From: Stegostoma tigrinum
Taxonomy: Eukaryota
Assembly (NCBI RefSeq): GCF_030684315.1
Contig: NC_081397.1
Location: 11,370,421-11,434,420, forward strand
Reading direction: 5' to 3'
DNA: 64,000 nucleotides
The notes beneath the pieces were generated by a model. The model did not search any database and had not been told where the DNA came from. It saw nothing but the letters and a program-made list of their open reading frames with translations. The translations under genes were made by a program, and so were the position numbers. Shown one piece after another: positions 1 through 13,790 of the stretch (positions within the stretch are counted from its first letter, which is position 1; each line of letters begins with the position of its first letter).

Positions 1-350
1 CAGCCGCACTGCTAGTTAGCGAATGGTATAAACACTGACGGTTTCACTTACAGCACCTTACATAGCTGCAGATAAAATCTTATTCATGTTAATGAGCAGA
101 CATTTGAACATCAAAGAAAACCTGCAGATGTTGAAAGAGCAATATTCAGCCGAAACTGACAGTCACAGATCGATAAACTCACTTGCACATTCACACAGCA
201 GAAACTCGACAGGGAGAGAATGATAAATGCATTTACAAATCAGATAGTGACAGGTATAGCTTAATAATTAGTTTCTCAGATTTACAGGGCAGGATCTGAC
301 TGGCAGACATGAGAAAATACTCTCACAGCCATAGAGAAGAAAGTGACAAT
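1..350 (+). repeat. Degenerate ~48-bp satellite array (consensus ~GCAGAAACTGACAGGTACAGATTGATAACTACACTCACATTCACACA)
   Basis: Recurring GAAACTGACAG...GATAA...ACTC...CACATTCAC motifs at ~48-nt spacing. Confidence 0.7.
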
Positions 351-360
351 CACATATCAT

Positions 361-1420
361 TGAGGCAGAGAGTAGTCGTAGAATGGAGTTTCTCAAATTG
401 GAGACCTGTGACCGGTGGTGTTCCACAGGGATCTGTGCTGGGACCACTGTTGTTTGTGATATACGTAAATGATCTGGAGGAAGGTGTAGGTGGTCTATTC
501 AGCAAGTTTGCAGATGACATTAAGATTGGTGGAGTAGCAGATAGCAAAGGGGACTGTCAGAGATGACAGCAGAATATAAATAGACTGGAGAGTTGGGCAG
601 ATGGAGTTCAATCCGTGCAAATGCGAGGTGATGCATTTTGGAAGATCTAATTCAAGGGCGTACGATACAGTAAATGGAAGAGTCCTAGGGAAAATTGATG
701 AACAGAGAGATCTGGGTGTTCAGGTCCTTTGTTCCCTGAAGGTGGCAACGCAGGTCAATAGCGTGGTCAAGAAGGCATATGGCATGCTTTCCTTCATCGG
801 ACAGGGTATTGAGTACAAGAGTTGGCAGGTCATGTTACAGTTGTATAAGTCTTTAGTTCGGCCACATTTAGAATATTGTGTACAGTTCTGGTCGCCACAT
901 CACCAACAGAATGTGGACTGTTTGGAGAGGGTGCAGGGGAGGTTTACCAGGATGTTGCCTGGTATGGAGGGTGCTGGCTATGAAGAGAGGTTGAGTAGAT
1001 TAGGATTATTTTCATTAGAAAGATGGAGAGTGTGGTTCGGGATCTGATTGAGGTCTACAAAATCATGAGGGAAAGAGACAGGGTGGATAGCAAGAAGCTT
1101 TTTCCCAGCGTGGGGGACTCAATTACTATGGGTCCTGAGTTCAAAGTGAGAGGATGAAAGGTTAAGGGAGATATGTGTGGAAAGTTCTTTATACAGAGGG
1201 TGACGGGTGCCTCGAATGCGTTGCCAGTGGAGGTAGCAGATGCAGGCACATTAGCATTTTTTAAGATATATTTGGACAGGTATCTGGATGGGCAGGGAGC
1301 AAAGGGACACAGACCCTTAGAAAATAGATGACAGGTTAGACAGAGGATCTCGATCGGCACAGGCTTGGAGGGCGGAAGGGTATTTTCCTGTGCTGTAATT
1401 TTCTTCTCTTTATTCTTTGT
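361..1420 (+). mobile_element. 5'-truncated CR1 LINE (RT C-terminus plus 3' end), degenerate
   Basis: ORFs 309-566 ([17 protein letters not shown]) and 601-1047 (LVRPHLEYCVQFWSP), CR1-type 3' tail. Confidence 0.9.
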
Positions 1421-2260
1421 ATATCGATAACTACACTCTTGTCTTCACGTATCAGAAAACGACAGGGACAATGACAATTATGCACACATTCAGAATGCAA
1501 AATAACTGACAGGTACAGATTGATAAATATATGCACACATTATAAAAATGTAGAGATTGTGATCTATATTTGCACATTCACAGAAATTTGACATTTTTGC
1601 ACTCCCACATTCATGACGCAGGAATGGATGGGTATTGATTGACAACTAAACTCACATATGACACAGCAGAAACTGAGAGGGACAGTTTGATAATTACAAT
1701 CACATCTTCACGAGCAGCTACTGACAAATACAGATCAATAACTACACCCAGTTCTTCACAAAACCAAAGTTAACAGGTACAGATTAATAACTAAATTCCT
1801 GTCTTGATGATACAGAAACTGCTAGGTACAGGTTTATAAAAATGCTCACACATTCCCCAAGCAGAAACTGACAGGAATATATTGAAAACAAAACCTCAGT
1901 TTCTGCTCCATGAATGTATCAGGGATAGACTGACAATTACACAAACACATTTGAATATTCTGATTTCAGATACTGACAGGGACAGATTTACAACTTCATT
2001 CATTGACACACACACACCCCTGAAACTGACGGGCAAAGTATGATAAATGTATTCACACCTCTACAACTTTCTGAAGAAGGGCCCAGGCCCGAAACATCAG
2101 CTTTCCTGTTCCTCTGATGCTGCTCAGCATGCTGTGTTCATCCAGCTCTGTGCCTTGTTATGACAGATTCATAACTACACTGTCAGATACACACGGGAGA
2201 AACTGAAAGTTACAGAGTGGTAAATATGCTCATGCTGGCATGCAGCAAAAACTGACACAA
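1421..2260 (+). repeat. Degenerate ~48-bp satellite array, interrupted by a short hammerhead-core element at ~2071-2161
   Basis: Repeated ACTGACAGG.ACAGATTGATAA.TA.ACTC motifs. Confidence 0.75.
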
Positions 2261-2268
2261 AAAAAAAC

Positions 2269-4038
2269 AGCTCCTGTAAACCGTCATCAGATGGGTTTGA
2301 AAACATTTAACTGATCAATTCAACATCTAGCTAATAAGCATTCAGATATTTAGATTATCACCAGGAATTCTAACAGAACTGTGGGTCTGATTGCACTCTT
2401 GCCCTGAGCTGCACTACATTTGATCAATTTTAAAAACTTCAACTCTAATTGAGTGATGCACAGAAAGTAACCAACACCCGTACAGCTCCACGACTGGAAC
2501 TACCTAATGCAAGCTTGTCTGTGCATATGTGTTTAGTTACTGATCCATTCATGTCAGTTGCTACCTGTTGAATGTGTGAGTGTAGTTATCAATGTGTCCC
2601 TCTAAATCTTTGGCAAATTACTTCTGTATTACACAGCAGAGACTGACAGGGAAACATTGGTCTAGACCAATCAATCATTGTAAAAATGGTACAGAACAGA
2701 AGGAGGTCATTTGGTGCATCATGTCCATGCTGACCCAAACACCCCCAGATGGGCATCACAATCACATCTTCCTGCACACATCCCATAGCCCTGCAGGTTT
2801 CATTCTATTATCCTTCAGAACTTGGTCCATATGTGACAGACCATCAAAAGAGGAGAGCCAGATTATTTTGTGAAGAATTTGGAAACTAAAATTTAACACT
2901 GAGGACCATTGGGTGAGTACCCAGGTTTTAGATAATGAGATTTTTTTTTTGAAAAGAACCGTTGTTATGGAACAAGATGGACAGCCACACTCCATTGATC
3001 CTTCAATCTTCCTGCATTCGAAAACTGAGCATTTTAAATGTTTCATGTAAAGTGGAGAGCCAGTTACCATTTAAATTATTATTTTTTTAAATAAATGTCC
3101 ATGATTATAAAATCTTCTAGCGTACAACAGAACAAAAAAAATCTAGTTACACAAGATGAAGAATTTGAGAACAATCCTGCGATAAAGGTGGAGATGGTAG
3201 TTCCCCTGCCACCGTGATACATTTATGGAAATTGAATGCTGGCTGAATGGATGTAATTATTGGCTTGTTGTTTCTCAGCAGTGCTGGCTTGGAGAGACAG
3301 GACTGTTTGCTGTGCTGTAGTTGTCTATGACTAGATATGTGTGAGTGATAATCATTTTGTATAGTTCATGTATCTGTTGCTGGAGTTTAAATGGAACTCC
3401 ATAGCTGTTAGTCCTTGGATCACATCTTTAGTTATGATGTCTGTATTTTGAACTAATTCTGAGTCAGTCAGTACCTGTACCTGTCAGTCCATCCACGTGG
3501 AAACAAAGCAGAGTAATATTACAGGTCCCGTTACACTTCCTCAGAACAGAGGTTCAACTTCAGAACGTTCATTTCCATACTCATATGCTGATAGACTTGC
3601 TGAGATTTTGCAGCAATTTCTACTTTTGTTGCTGATTTCCAGCATCTGCAGTTCCTTGGTTTTTCTCATTTGTTAGGCATGTGTGTTTGAAGTTGTCATG
3701 ATTTGATAAATGTATGCACACATTATAAAAATGTAGATATTGAGATGAATGAAATGACATGAATGGATCAGTAACTAAACTCATATGCACAGACAAGCTT
3801 GCATTAGGTAGTTCCAGTCATGGAGCTGTACGGGGGTTGGTAACTTTCTGTGCATCACTCAGAGTTGAATTTTTCAAAATTGATCAAATGTAGTGCAGCT
3901 CAGGGCAAGAATGCAATCAGGCCCACAGTTCTGTTAGAATTCCTGGTGATAATTTAAATATCTGAATGTTTATTAGTGAAATGTTGAATTGATCAGTTTA
4001 ATGTTTTCAAACCCATCTGATGATGGTTTACAGGAGCT
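2269..4038. repeat. ~285-bp inverted repeat (arms 2269-2556 and 3755-4038)
   Basis: agctcctgtaaaccgtcatcagatggg...ccattcatgtca is the near reverse complement of tgacatgaatggatc...cccatctgatgatggtttacaggagct, with few mismatches. Confidence 0.9.
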
Positions 4039-4060
4039 ATCTGTTTTTTCCTTGCTGCAG

Positions 4061-4142
4061 ACAAATGCTTGAAGGAACAAGGCAATGTATCATTTCTTCA
4101 GTACAAAGCCAATTGTGACCAGCTCGTCCTAACAAACAGCAG
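4061..4142 (+). other. 82-nt exon-like segment, copy 1 of a triplicated unit
   Basis: ttttttccttgctgcag| acceptor and |gtatgt donor. Phase-1 frame open: KCLKEQGNVSFLQYKANCDQLVLTNS. Confidence 0.55.
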
Positions 4143-4599
4143 GTATGTTCCCACTGTCACAGCAGAGAACGTCCTTTCCACAGTCACGGAGCAGATTGAG
4201 TCAGACACCGTTAAACTTTAATTTCCAGTCAGACACGTTCAAACCGACAATAAAACAACACGGAGGAATGCCACTTTATTTTGCTTCTCTCTCCATTCAA
4301 AATACCCAGTTCAAACAGATTTCACCTAACATAACCCATTGACATTTACACCATTTTTGAAGATGGGTAGACTGAATCCTTATCCAAAGTATACCCTCAG
4401 AACTTGAAGGAAATCTGCACAGAATTACTCTGATATCAACTCCACATAATGAATCACGCTTCCACGGATAATATTTTTGGCTGCCTGAAACCTAATCCAC
4501 TTTAAGGAGTAGAAAGTGACTAGTACGCATGGATACCTAACCTCACACATTCGTATTGTAGGGTCAGACGAAAAAAATAGTATTTGACCATATTGATAC

Positions 4600-5225
4600 T
4601 TCAGAAACTGCAAGTAAAAGGTTGATTAAAAATGTTCACATAGTCACATAATAGAAACTATCATGCATATATTCATTGATGTACTCGCTTTCACACAGAC
4701 TGAAACTGGCAGGAATATATTGATGATAACACTCCCAATTTCACAGAGCATAAAGTGACAGTTACAAACTTAGAACTGCAATCACAAATCCACAGAGAGA
4801 CAGGCACGGATTGCTGACTGTACTCAAATATTCAGAGTAGGTTCTCACAGGTACATCTTGGTAACCGGACGCTCAAATTGACAGAGAAGCAAATGATAGG
4901 TGCATATTGCTTTCATGCACATATCCAAATGGACGAACTTGACAGGAACAGATTGATAACAACCTTGGACATAGCAAGAACTGCAGATGCTGGAATCAGC
5001 CTTCCCAGTTACACACAGCATAAACTGACTGACATGTACAGTTTGATAATTACTCTCATTCACAGAGCGGAATCTGAAACGTCCTTATTGATAACTGTAC
5101 TCACATGGCCACCAAGCGGAAACTGACAGAGTTTGATCACAGTGACAGCCAAATTGCGGAAATTGACAGATACATGTTGATAATCACTTTCACACTTGCC
5201 TTGCAGGAAATGTCAGGGTCAGTTC
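4600..5225 (+). repeat. Degenerate ~48-bp satellite array
   Basis: Same GAAACTGACAG/TTGATAA/ACTC unit repeated. Confidence 0.7.
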
Positions 5226-5234
5226 ATTAAATAC

Positions 5235-5935
5235 GCTGCTGTTGACTTGCTCACTGAGCTTGTAAGTTTGTTCACAGACATTTCATCACCATACTACATA
5301 ACATCATCAGTGCACCGTGAATGAAACGTTGGTATTCTGTCCTTCTTGCTATTTATGTGCCTCACTTTGCTGGGGTGGTGAGCAACACTTCCAGATTGAT
5401 TTCTTAGTGGTTGGTGTGTGGTGTCCAGCTGGACATGTTTGTTAATGGAGTTCTAGTTTGAATTCTCGTGCATGTCTTTGGTTGGGATGTCCTCTGATGG
5501 CTACGTTGTCCCAGTCAAACAGGTGTCCCTCTTTATCCATGTGCATTAAGGTGAGTGATAGTTGGCCATGACTTTTGGCAGCGAGTTGATGTCCATGAAT
5601 CCTGATGGCGGGTTTTCTCCCGGTTTGCCTTGGGTAAGGTTTGTGGCAGTATTTGCATGGTATCTTGTAAATCGCATTGTTTCTGCTAATTGTGAATATT
5701 GGATCCTTCATTCTCAACAGCAGCTGTCAGTTCGTGGGCTATCATGATTCTTACGGGGTAGTGTAACCTGGTGGTTATTTCACACCCTCAGTGCATAGTC
5801 TGGTGACTACTATCACTGGATGTGTTGTGTCTTCCTGTTGTCATCAGTTGTGTGGCATCTGCGAACAATGCATTTTGGGTAACTGTCATTTCTAAAGACA
5901 CTATCAGTGTTCTTCCTTGGCTTTATGAAACTCCG
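5235..5935 (-). mobile_element. Penelope-like retroelement fragment (GIY-YIG endonuclease plus 3' end with hammerhead-like core)
   Basis: ORF 5442-5717 NAIYKIPCKYCHKPYPRQTGRKPAIRIHGH matches the Penelope VYKIPC..C..YIGQTGR motif. Minus-strand CTGATGA-stem-GAAA-TG-TC at ~5310-5277. Confidence 0.85.
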
Positions 5936-7015
5936 GGATGCTGCAGTGTGTTGTGGCTCACTTGAAGGGACAGCTAGCTCATTGGATTCAAAATTGGCTT
6001 GATGGTACAAAGCAGAGGGTGACAGTTGAAGATTCTTTCTCAGACTGGAGGCCTGTGACTTGTGGTGTGCCACAGGGATTGGTGCTGGGACCTTTGTTAT
6101 TTGTTATTGACATAAATGATCTGGATGTGAATGTGCAAAGCATGATTAGTAAGTTTACAGATGATGCAATGTTAGGCAGTATCGTTCATAGTGGGGAAGG
6201 TTATCGAAAATTACAGAGGGATCTTAATCAGATGGGGAAGTGGGCTAAGGATTGGAAAATGCAATTGAATGGAGATAAGTGTGAGGTGTTGTACTTTGGA
6301 ATGTCAAACTACAGTAAGCCTTTTACAGCAAATGGTAACGTCCTGACTAGTGATGTGGTACAGAGGGACCAAGGAGTACAGGTCCGTAGTATGTTTAAAG
6401 CAGTGTCACAGGTGGATAGGGTGCTGAAGAAGGAATTCAGCATGCTGGCCTTCATTGATCGAGGCATTTTGAATAGACATGGAGTATTGTGTACAGTTTT
6501 GGTCACCCTGTTGTAAAAAAGACCTAGTTCAACTAGAAAGTGTTCAAAGAAAATTTATGCAGGACTAGTGGGCCTGGGTTATCGTGAGATGTTGGCCAGG
6601 GTAGGACTTTATTTCTTGGACCGTAGGAGAATGAAGTGTGACCTTATTCAGATGTATAAAATCATGAGCTCCATAGGTCGGATAAATGCATATCGTGTTT
6701 GTTTTTTTTTCCCCCACAGATGAGGAATTGAAAACTAGAGGGCATAGGTTTCAGGTGAGAGGGCAAGAATTTAAGAAGGACCTGAGGGGTGCCAACTTCA
6801 CAGAGAGAGTGGAGCACATGTGGAATCAGCTGCCAGAGAAAGTTGTTGAGGCAGGCACAATATCAACACTTTAAAAAAAAATGAACATGTACATGGATGG
6901 GAAGGATGTAGAGGGATATAATGTGGGCAGTTGGATCCAGCTGAGTGGGCACCACAGTCATCATGAACCAGTTTGGGTGGAAGGGCCTGTGTCCGAACTG
7001 TATTACTATATGACC
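5936..7015 (+). mobile_element. 5'-truncated CR1 LINE
   Basis: ORF 5938-6516 WIQNWL..QRV..GVPQGLVLGPLLF, downstream TRGHRFQV. Confidence 0.9.
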
Positions 7016-7935
7016 ATAAGACATAGGAGCAGAAATCAGGCTATTTGGGACATGAAGTCTGCTCCACCATTAAATCATGGCTGAGACGATCCTTAAGCCA
7101 ATTCTCCTGCCTTCATCCCATAACCTTGATCCCCTTGATAATCAAAAACCTATCTATCTCACCCTTAAATGTACACAATAACGCGGCCTCCACAGCCTTC
7201 TGTGGCAGTGAATTCCATATATTCACCACTCTCCGGCTGAAGAAGTTTCTCCTTATCTCTGTTCTAAAATGTCTTCCCTTTACTTAAAGGCTGTGCCCTT
7301 GGGTCCTAGTCTCTCCTACCAATGGAAGGATCTTCCCAACATCCACTCTGTCCAGGCATTCAGTAGTCTAAGTTTTGATTATCGTCCTTCTAAACTCCAA
7401 AGAGTACAGTTCCAGAATCCTCAAACATTGCTTATATGTTCAGCTTTTCATTCCTGGGACCATTCTCGTGAACCTCCTCTGAACCTGCTCCAGGGGCAGT
7501 ACATCCTTCCTGAGATATGGGGCCCAAAACTGCACATGCTACTTCAAATGTGGCCTGACTCAAGTCTTCTAAAGCCTCATAAGCACATCCTTTTTTTTTA
7601 AACATCTTCAAGACCATAAGTCATAGGAGTGGAAGTAAGGCAATTCGGCCCATCAAGCCCATTCCACCATTTAAATCAAGGCTGGGCATTTCAACTCCAC
7701 TTCCCTGCACTCTCCCTGTAGCCCTTGATTCCTTTTGAGATCAAGAATTTGTCAATCTCTGCCTTGAAGTCCTGGCAAAATAAATGCCAGTATTGCAGTT
7801 GCCTTCCTGACTACTGACTCAAACTGTGAGTTTACCGTGAGAGATTCCTGGAGTTGAACTCCCAAGTCTCTTTGCACGCAAGACTTCTGAATTTTCTGCC
7901 CATTTAGAAAAGAGTCTATGCTTTTATTCTGGAGG
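7016..7935 (-). mobile_element. Nested CR1 3' fragments
   Basis: Reverse-oriented CR1 3' ends (catag..gagcagaa..ggc.attcggccc) and VQRDLGV-type residues in ORF 7752-7964. Confidence 0.75.
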
Positions 7936-7999
7936 GAGGATGGTAACTTCTTCAGGTCAGGCATCCCTGGAAGACGCTTTGCAGTGAAGTTAAAATTGT

Positions 8000-8302
8000 A
8001 TCAGAGATAATGGTGACTGCAGATGCTGGAGAATCCAGACAAACCTCAGGGGATCTCTACCCCACTGCAACTCTAGATTCCCCTCCACCTACCTCCTCCT
8101 CTATCCATCTTTGATCCACCTCCTAGTCTGTCCCTATTTATTTCAGAGCCCTCTTCCCCCTCCCACTTTTCTGATGAAGGGTCCAGGCCCAAAATGTCAG
8201 CTTTTGTGCTCCTGAGATGCTGTTTGGCCTGCTGTGTTCATAAGCTCCACATTTTTTTTAAAATCTCGGATGCTGCAGCATCTGCAGTTATCATTATCTC
8301 TC
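8000..8302 (+). mobile_element. Short Penelope-associated element with decayed hammerhead core
   Basis: ctgatgaagggtccaggcccaaaatgtcagcttttgtgctcctgagatgc at 8171 onward. Confidence 0.65.
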
Positions 8303-9110
8303 ATGCTTTTATTCTCCTTAGCCAAGTGCATGACCTGACACTTTCCCACATTGTACTCCCTCGACTACTTCTTTGCCCACTCTCCTAACCTGTCCAATTC
8401 ATACTGCAGCCTCAGCGCCTCAATACTACCTGTCACTCTACCTATTGTTGTATCATCTGCAAACGTAGTCAGAATGCAAACAGTTCCTTCATCCAGATCA
8501 TTAATGTATAAAGCATGCCTTTTATCCCCACTCTCTGCTTTCTGCCAGGCAGCCAATCTTCTATCCATGCTAGCACCATGGGCCCTTATGTTACTCAACA
8601 GCCTCCTGTGCGGCAGCTTGCCAAGGGGCTTTTCGAAGCCCAGGTAGATAACATTCATTGGCTCTCCTTGGTCTACCCTGCTTGTTACTTCCTTAAAGGA
8701 TTTAAGCAGATTTGCCAGGCATGACTTCCCCTTGATGAAACCGTGCCTGGAGTGTTGGAGGCTGTGTTTATAAAATTTAGTGGTGTGGAAAGGGTGCATA
8801 ATCAAGATCTTTTCCCCAGGATAGAAGAATGCAAAATGAGAGGGGATGGGTTTAAGTGACTGGGAAAGTCTTAAAATGAACCAAAGGTGTGCAATATTTG
8901 CACACAGAGTGGTGTGTGAATGGGTTGAATGCCAAAAGAAGTGTTGGAGACTCTTACAACTACAACGTTTTAAAGGCATCTGGATGAGTATATGAATTGG
9001 AAGTGTTTCGTGGGATATGGACCAAATGCTAGTAAATGGAACTAGATTAATCTCCGATATCTGCTCTCCATGGACGAGGTGGACCCTGTACATCTCTCGG
9101 ACTGTATGAC
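8303..9110. mobile_element. CR1 fragments (minus ~8303-8750, plus ~8760-9110)
   Basis: ORF 8365-9093 HGFIKGKSCLANL..FADDTTIG. Plus-strand 3' CR1 remnant follows. Confidence 0.75.
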
Positions 9111-9516
9111 GGGGACTGATTTATGAGAGAATAATCATCATTCATACTGCCTAAACAGACAGGGACAGATCGAGAACTGCACTCCCATTCCCACAATGCA
9201 GAGAATGACAGATATTCAGCAAAGTGTCCCTCAATAAACCCGAATGTCTGAACAATACAATCCTGCCCACAGCCTAATAAGGAAATCTCAGCTAGTGATG
9301 AAACAAGGTAACATTTCACTCACAAAAGATTACTATGAGCAGAATAAAACACCCTGTCACAATTAAAATCTCGGAGGTAGTGTTCAAAATGTTAGTGGAT
9401 GACAGGAACAAGTTCAACTGCAAGGGAGCTAGGAATTTGATCCGTGTACAAAATTTCGGTTTGTGTTTCACATTTCGTTGCAGATCCGAACAGATCCACT
9501 TTGTGTTTCACACTAA

Positions 9517-9629
9517 CCAATCACAGAAAGGCTAATCACATGGTCTGACATTCTTGTAAACTACCCAATCAGGAACAAGACATTTCCCCCATCCTTCATT
9601 AGCATTGCTGACGCGGTCAGGCTATAAAA
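9517..9629 (+). promoter_or_regulatory. H2B promoter: two CCAAT boxes, octamer variant, CRE half-site, TATA
   Basis: CCAAT 9517 and 9565, ATTAGCAT 9598-9605 (canonical H2B octamer ATTTGCAT), TGACG ~9609, TATAAAA 9623-9629. Confidence 0.8.
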
Positions 9630-9680
9630 TGCGAGCTCCGAGCCTGCTTCCGTTTATTGTATCTGAAAGCGATCGTCACG

Positions 9681-10061
9681 ATGCCGGATGAGAAGAAAGC
9701 GCAGGCAACTTCCAAGAAGGGCGCCAAGAAAATCATCAAGAAGGCGCCGGGGAAAGGCGGCAAGACAAAGAAACGATCCAGGAAAGAAAGTTACGCCATC
9801 TACATCTATAAAGTGATGAAGCAGGTTCACCCCGACACCGGCATCTCCTCCAAGGCGATGAGCATCATGAACTCGTTCGTCAAGGATATTTTCGAGCGTA
9901 TCGCGGGGGAGGCTTCCCGCCTGGCCCATTACAACAAGCGCAGGACCATCAGCTCCCGGGAGATCCAGACCGCGGTGCGGCTGCTGCTGCCCGGGGAGCT
10001 GGCCAAGCACGCCGTGTCGGAGGGTACAAAGGCGGTGACCAAGTACACCAGCTCCAAGTGA
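9681..10061 (+). CDS. H2B: Histone H2B (replication-dependent)
   Basis: ATG at 9681. MPDEKKAQ...[27 protein letters not shown]...[13 protein letters not shown], intronless. Confidence 0.99.
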   Translation: MPDEKKAQATSKKGAKKIIKKAPGKGGKTKKRSRKESYAIYIYKVMKQVHPDTGISSKAMSIMNSFVKDIFERIAGEASRLAHYNKRRTISSREIQTAVRLLLPGELAKHAVSEGTKAVTKYTSSK

Positions 10062-10102
10062 GACCCCACATTGTGCTGAGAAAAACACATCCAAAACCCA
10101 AC

Positions 10103-10118
10103 GGCTCTTTTCAGAGCC
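10103..10118 (+). terminator. Histone 3' stem-loop (H2B)
   Basis: GGCTCTTTTCAGAGCC followed by ACCCA and a purine-rich downstream element. Confidence 0.97.
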
Positions 10119-11818
10119 ACCCACAATTTCAATGAAGCAGTTGAACCATTTTTCGTTTGTAAATGATTCTCGGTATCTATAATTAATGTCTCTAATCTTA
10201 TCTTTGTTTACACAAACGTTCTAAACATTACCGTGCGGTCCCTGTCCCTCTGTCGGTTACTTTCGGTTGCCTTCCTACCCAGTCTCTCCTCCCTCCCTGT
10301 ACAGAAAGCACATTCATCGTCACTGTCATTTTTTTTAACAACTCCTATGTGTTCCAGTTATTATTTACCCCTTGATCAGGAATTTCACCCCCTGGAAAGA
10401 AAACTAACTGCTCGAGTCCCACGAACAGATGTTGGGGGATACTTGTCATTGAGGATTTTAGCTGTCGGTGAGAGGCTTTCAAAATGAGCTGAGCTAAAGC
10501 CAGAGCCAGGATTGCAGTCGCAAGTGTGAAACTGTGTTCAAGGACAATATGGGAGGGCAACTTCAAACTATTGTTTCAAGTTTTAACCCGTTCACCCCGA
10601 AAAACGTTGTGTAAGTTTTTATAAATACATCAGCGTGCACTTGTAATGTGAAATTGAATTAAATTCAAAGAAAAATTAAACTGTTTATTCCTCTTTGTGA
10701 AACTTTCCCCCCTCTATCCTACATGTTGGAGGGTTTTTCAAATTTGTCCCAATGGGGGTATGAACGCTGGATTTCACCCGTGGCAATGAAAAATTATGAT
10801 CTCTTATTTGAGTCCCATTAAGAGAAATTCCGCGCGATTCCTTTTTCAATTTCCAAATCTGTCAGGGAATTTATCCGATTTTTTTTTCAGTTTGCAGTGT
10901 GTGGGGCTTTCTGCTGTCGGTGAGAGGCTTTCAAAATGAACCGAGACCGTCCGGAAAGACTGATCCAGCACAATAAGTGAGGGCTATTTTACAATGTTTT
11001 CTGAAAACGGTGTTGCTTCGGGAGTGACAGAGAGAGATTATGTGAAGTGAACATTTTTAACTGAAAGGAAATTAAATCGTAAGCATTAACGCAAAAATCC
11101 TTGTAAAACCTCTTCCTCGTATTGCCCATATTGGCGGGCTTTTCAAATCGGACAGAAAACGTTTGATGATTTGGCGCCGGTATTTTCCTACGGTTTCCAC
11201 GCAGAGGAATTTTGTTTTATTTTCAAATCTCCCCGCGGGTTCTATCCGGTTTTGCAGAAAGCTGTAAATGAGGCTTTCTGCTGTCGGCGGGAAAATTTCC
11301 AAGTGAACCGAGAGGAAAGCAGAACAGCTGCCGGACTGGCATCGCAAAAGTGGAAATATTGTTGATCTTGTGCAATAGGGAGAGCGATTGTAAAATATTG
11401 TTTAAAGCAGTATTGAGTTCAACGAGAAAGAAACAGTTGTGTGATACTTTGATTATTATATCCGGGTGTAGATGTGAATTAAATTCAATCTGTGCAGAGA
11501 ATAACTTTCGGCGGGCTTTTCATTCCCCCTTCCGCTTAATGTTAAGTTTTTTCGCGGGGTGGGGGTAATTCAAGATCAAAAATAGTTGGTTTCAACTAGG
11601 CCGGGAAATCAGAGAGAGATGGTGTGACGTATATAGGTGTATTCTAAAAGTAAATTATCTGAAGTAAGAACGCATTCTTCTTTGTAAAACTTCTACCCAT
11701 TTCGAAATTATTGGCGGGCTTTTCGAGTTTGAAAGAAAGCGGTTGATGATTTGGCGCCGGGATTTTCCGGCCTCCTCCCCGGGCCCTATCCGGATTGGTG
11801 AGGGAAGCAGATATCTGA

Positions 11819-12355
<537 letters not shown>

Positions 12356-12383
12356 AGACACTTATTGAATCTGACAACCCAAA

Positions 12384-12399
12384 GGCTCTTTTCAGAGCC
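12384..12399 (+). terminator. Histone 3' stem-loop (H2A)
   Basis: GGCTCTTTTCAGAGCC-ACCCA, downstream GAAAAGCAGCT element. Confidence 0.97.
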
Positions 12400-13098
12400 A
12401 CCCACAACATCAGTGAAAAGCAGCTAGACTTTCACTGCTGGCTAACTAATTTTCATTTTATGTGCAAACCCGGTCCTCTAAACGCGCAAAAAAATCCCTT
12501 TTGCTTTCGCTTTAACAGTGATAAAACTAGAACGGGACGAATAAAGTTGGAGGGTTTGCTGCAGGGACAGCGACTGCGACTTTAAATAGTGACTCAAAGC
12601 GGTATCCCCATCCAGGGAACATGAGACATGGAATAGCTCGGCCCCAGAAAGATGCCATGCGAGACAGAACCGACCATCCTCAGAGGATCGAATACACTTG
12701 TGGGAGATTGGGCAAAATTTCGATTGCATGGCCAAAACTACAAAAATCATTTGTGTAATGTGGCGGGTTTTGAAATTGGCGATTGTTCCCACCCTCCTTC
12801 TCCGGCAAGTTCAGTTACAGCTGGGGAAACGCCACGGGAAGCAATTCCCACACAGGCGGTTCAATTGGAAATGTATAAACTATAAAGGGTGGAATGCAGT
12901 ACTTGAATTTGTTGTGATTACTGAAAATTTATAAACCTGATCGTCCCGAGTTGCCTCGTCTTCAATATCAGTTCGTGCATCCCAGACCCATTCATTTTCT
13001 GTAACTCTTGTTGCATTGAGACATCAATAGCATGCTGTGTGTTGACATTAACTAAAGTCCAGTGCCTGACGATTGCTGCTCTCTCGGGACAGTTTAGT

Positions 13099-13114
13099 GG
13101 CTCTGAAAAGAGCC
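13099..13114 (-). terminator. Histone 3' stem-loop (H3)
   Basis: Reverse complement GGCTCTTTTCAGAGCC, followed by ACTAA and GAGAGAGCAG. Confidence 0.95.
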
Positions 13115-13158
13115 GTTGTGTTTCTCGGGGTGAATGTACATGGCCGGGCACGCTCCGT

Positions 13159-13572
<414 letters not shown>

Positions 13573-13624
13573 CTACAACACACACAAGGTACTACTCTCA
13601 ATGCTGATCCTGCTGCGGCGCTGC

Positions 13625-13790
13625 CTATTTAAGGGAATGGAGAGCACGCCCTAGAGCTGCGATTGGATACAGTCCCGTCCCTCAAATCCCCGCGAAACAG
13701 CCACTGAAGGACAGAAAAGGCAGTAAAATAATTATTGGAGGCTGATTGGTTAACTTGAAATGACAGTTGGTCAATTTCAAATCGCCCGCC
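13625..13790 (-). promoter_or_regulatory. H3 promoter: TATA-like, CCAAT boxes, CDE/CHR-like element
   Basis: TTAAATA ~13626-13632, ATTGG at ~13662, 13733 and 13745, GGCGG-N4-TTTGAA at 13790-13776. Confidence 0.7.
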
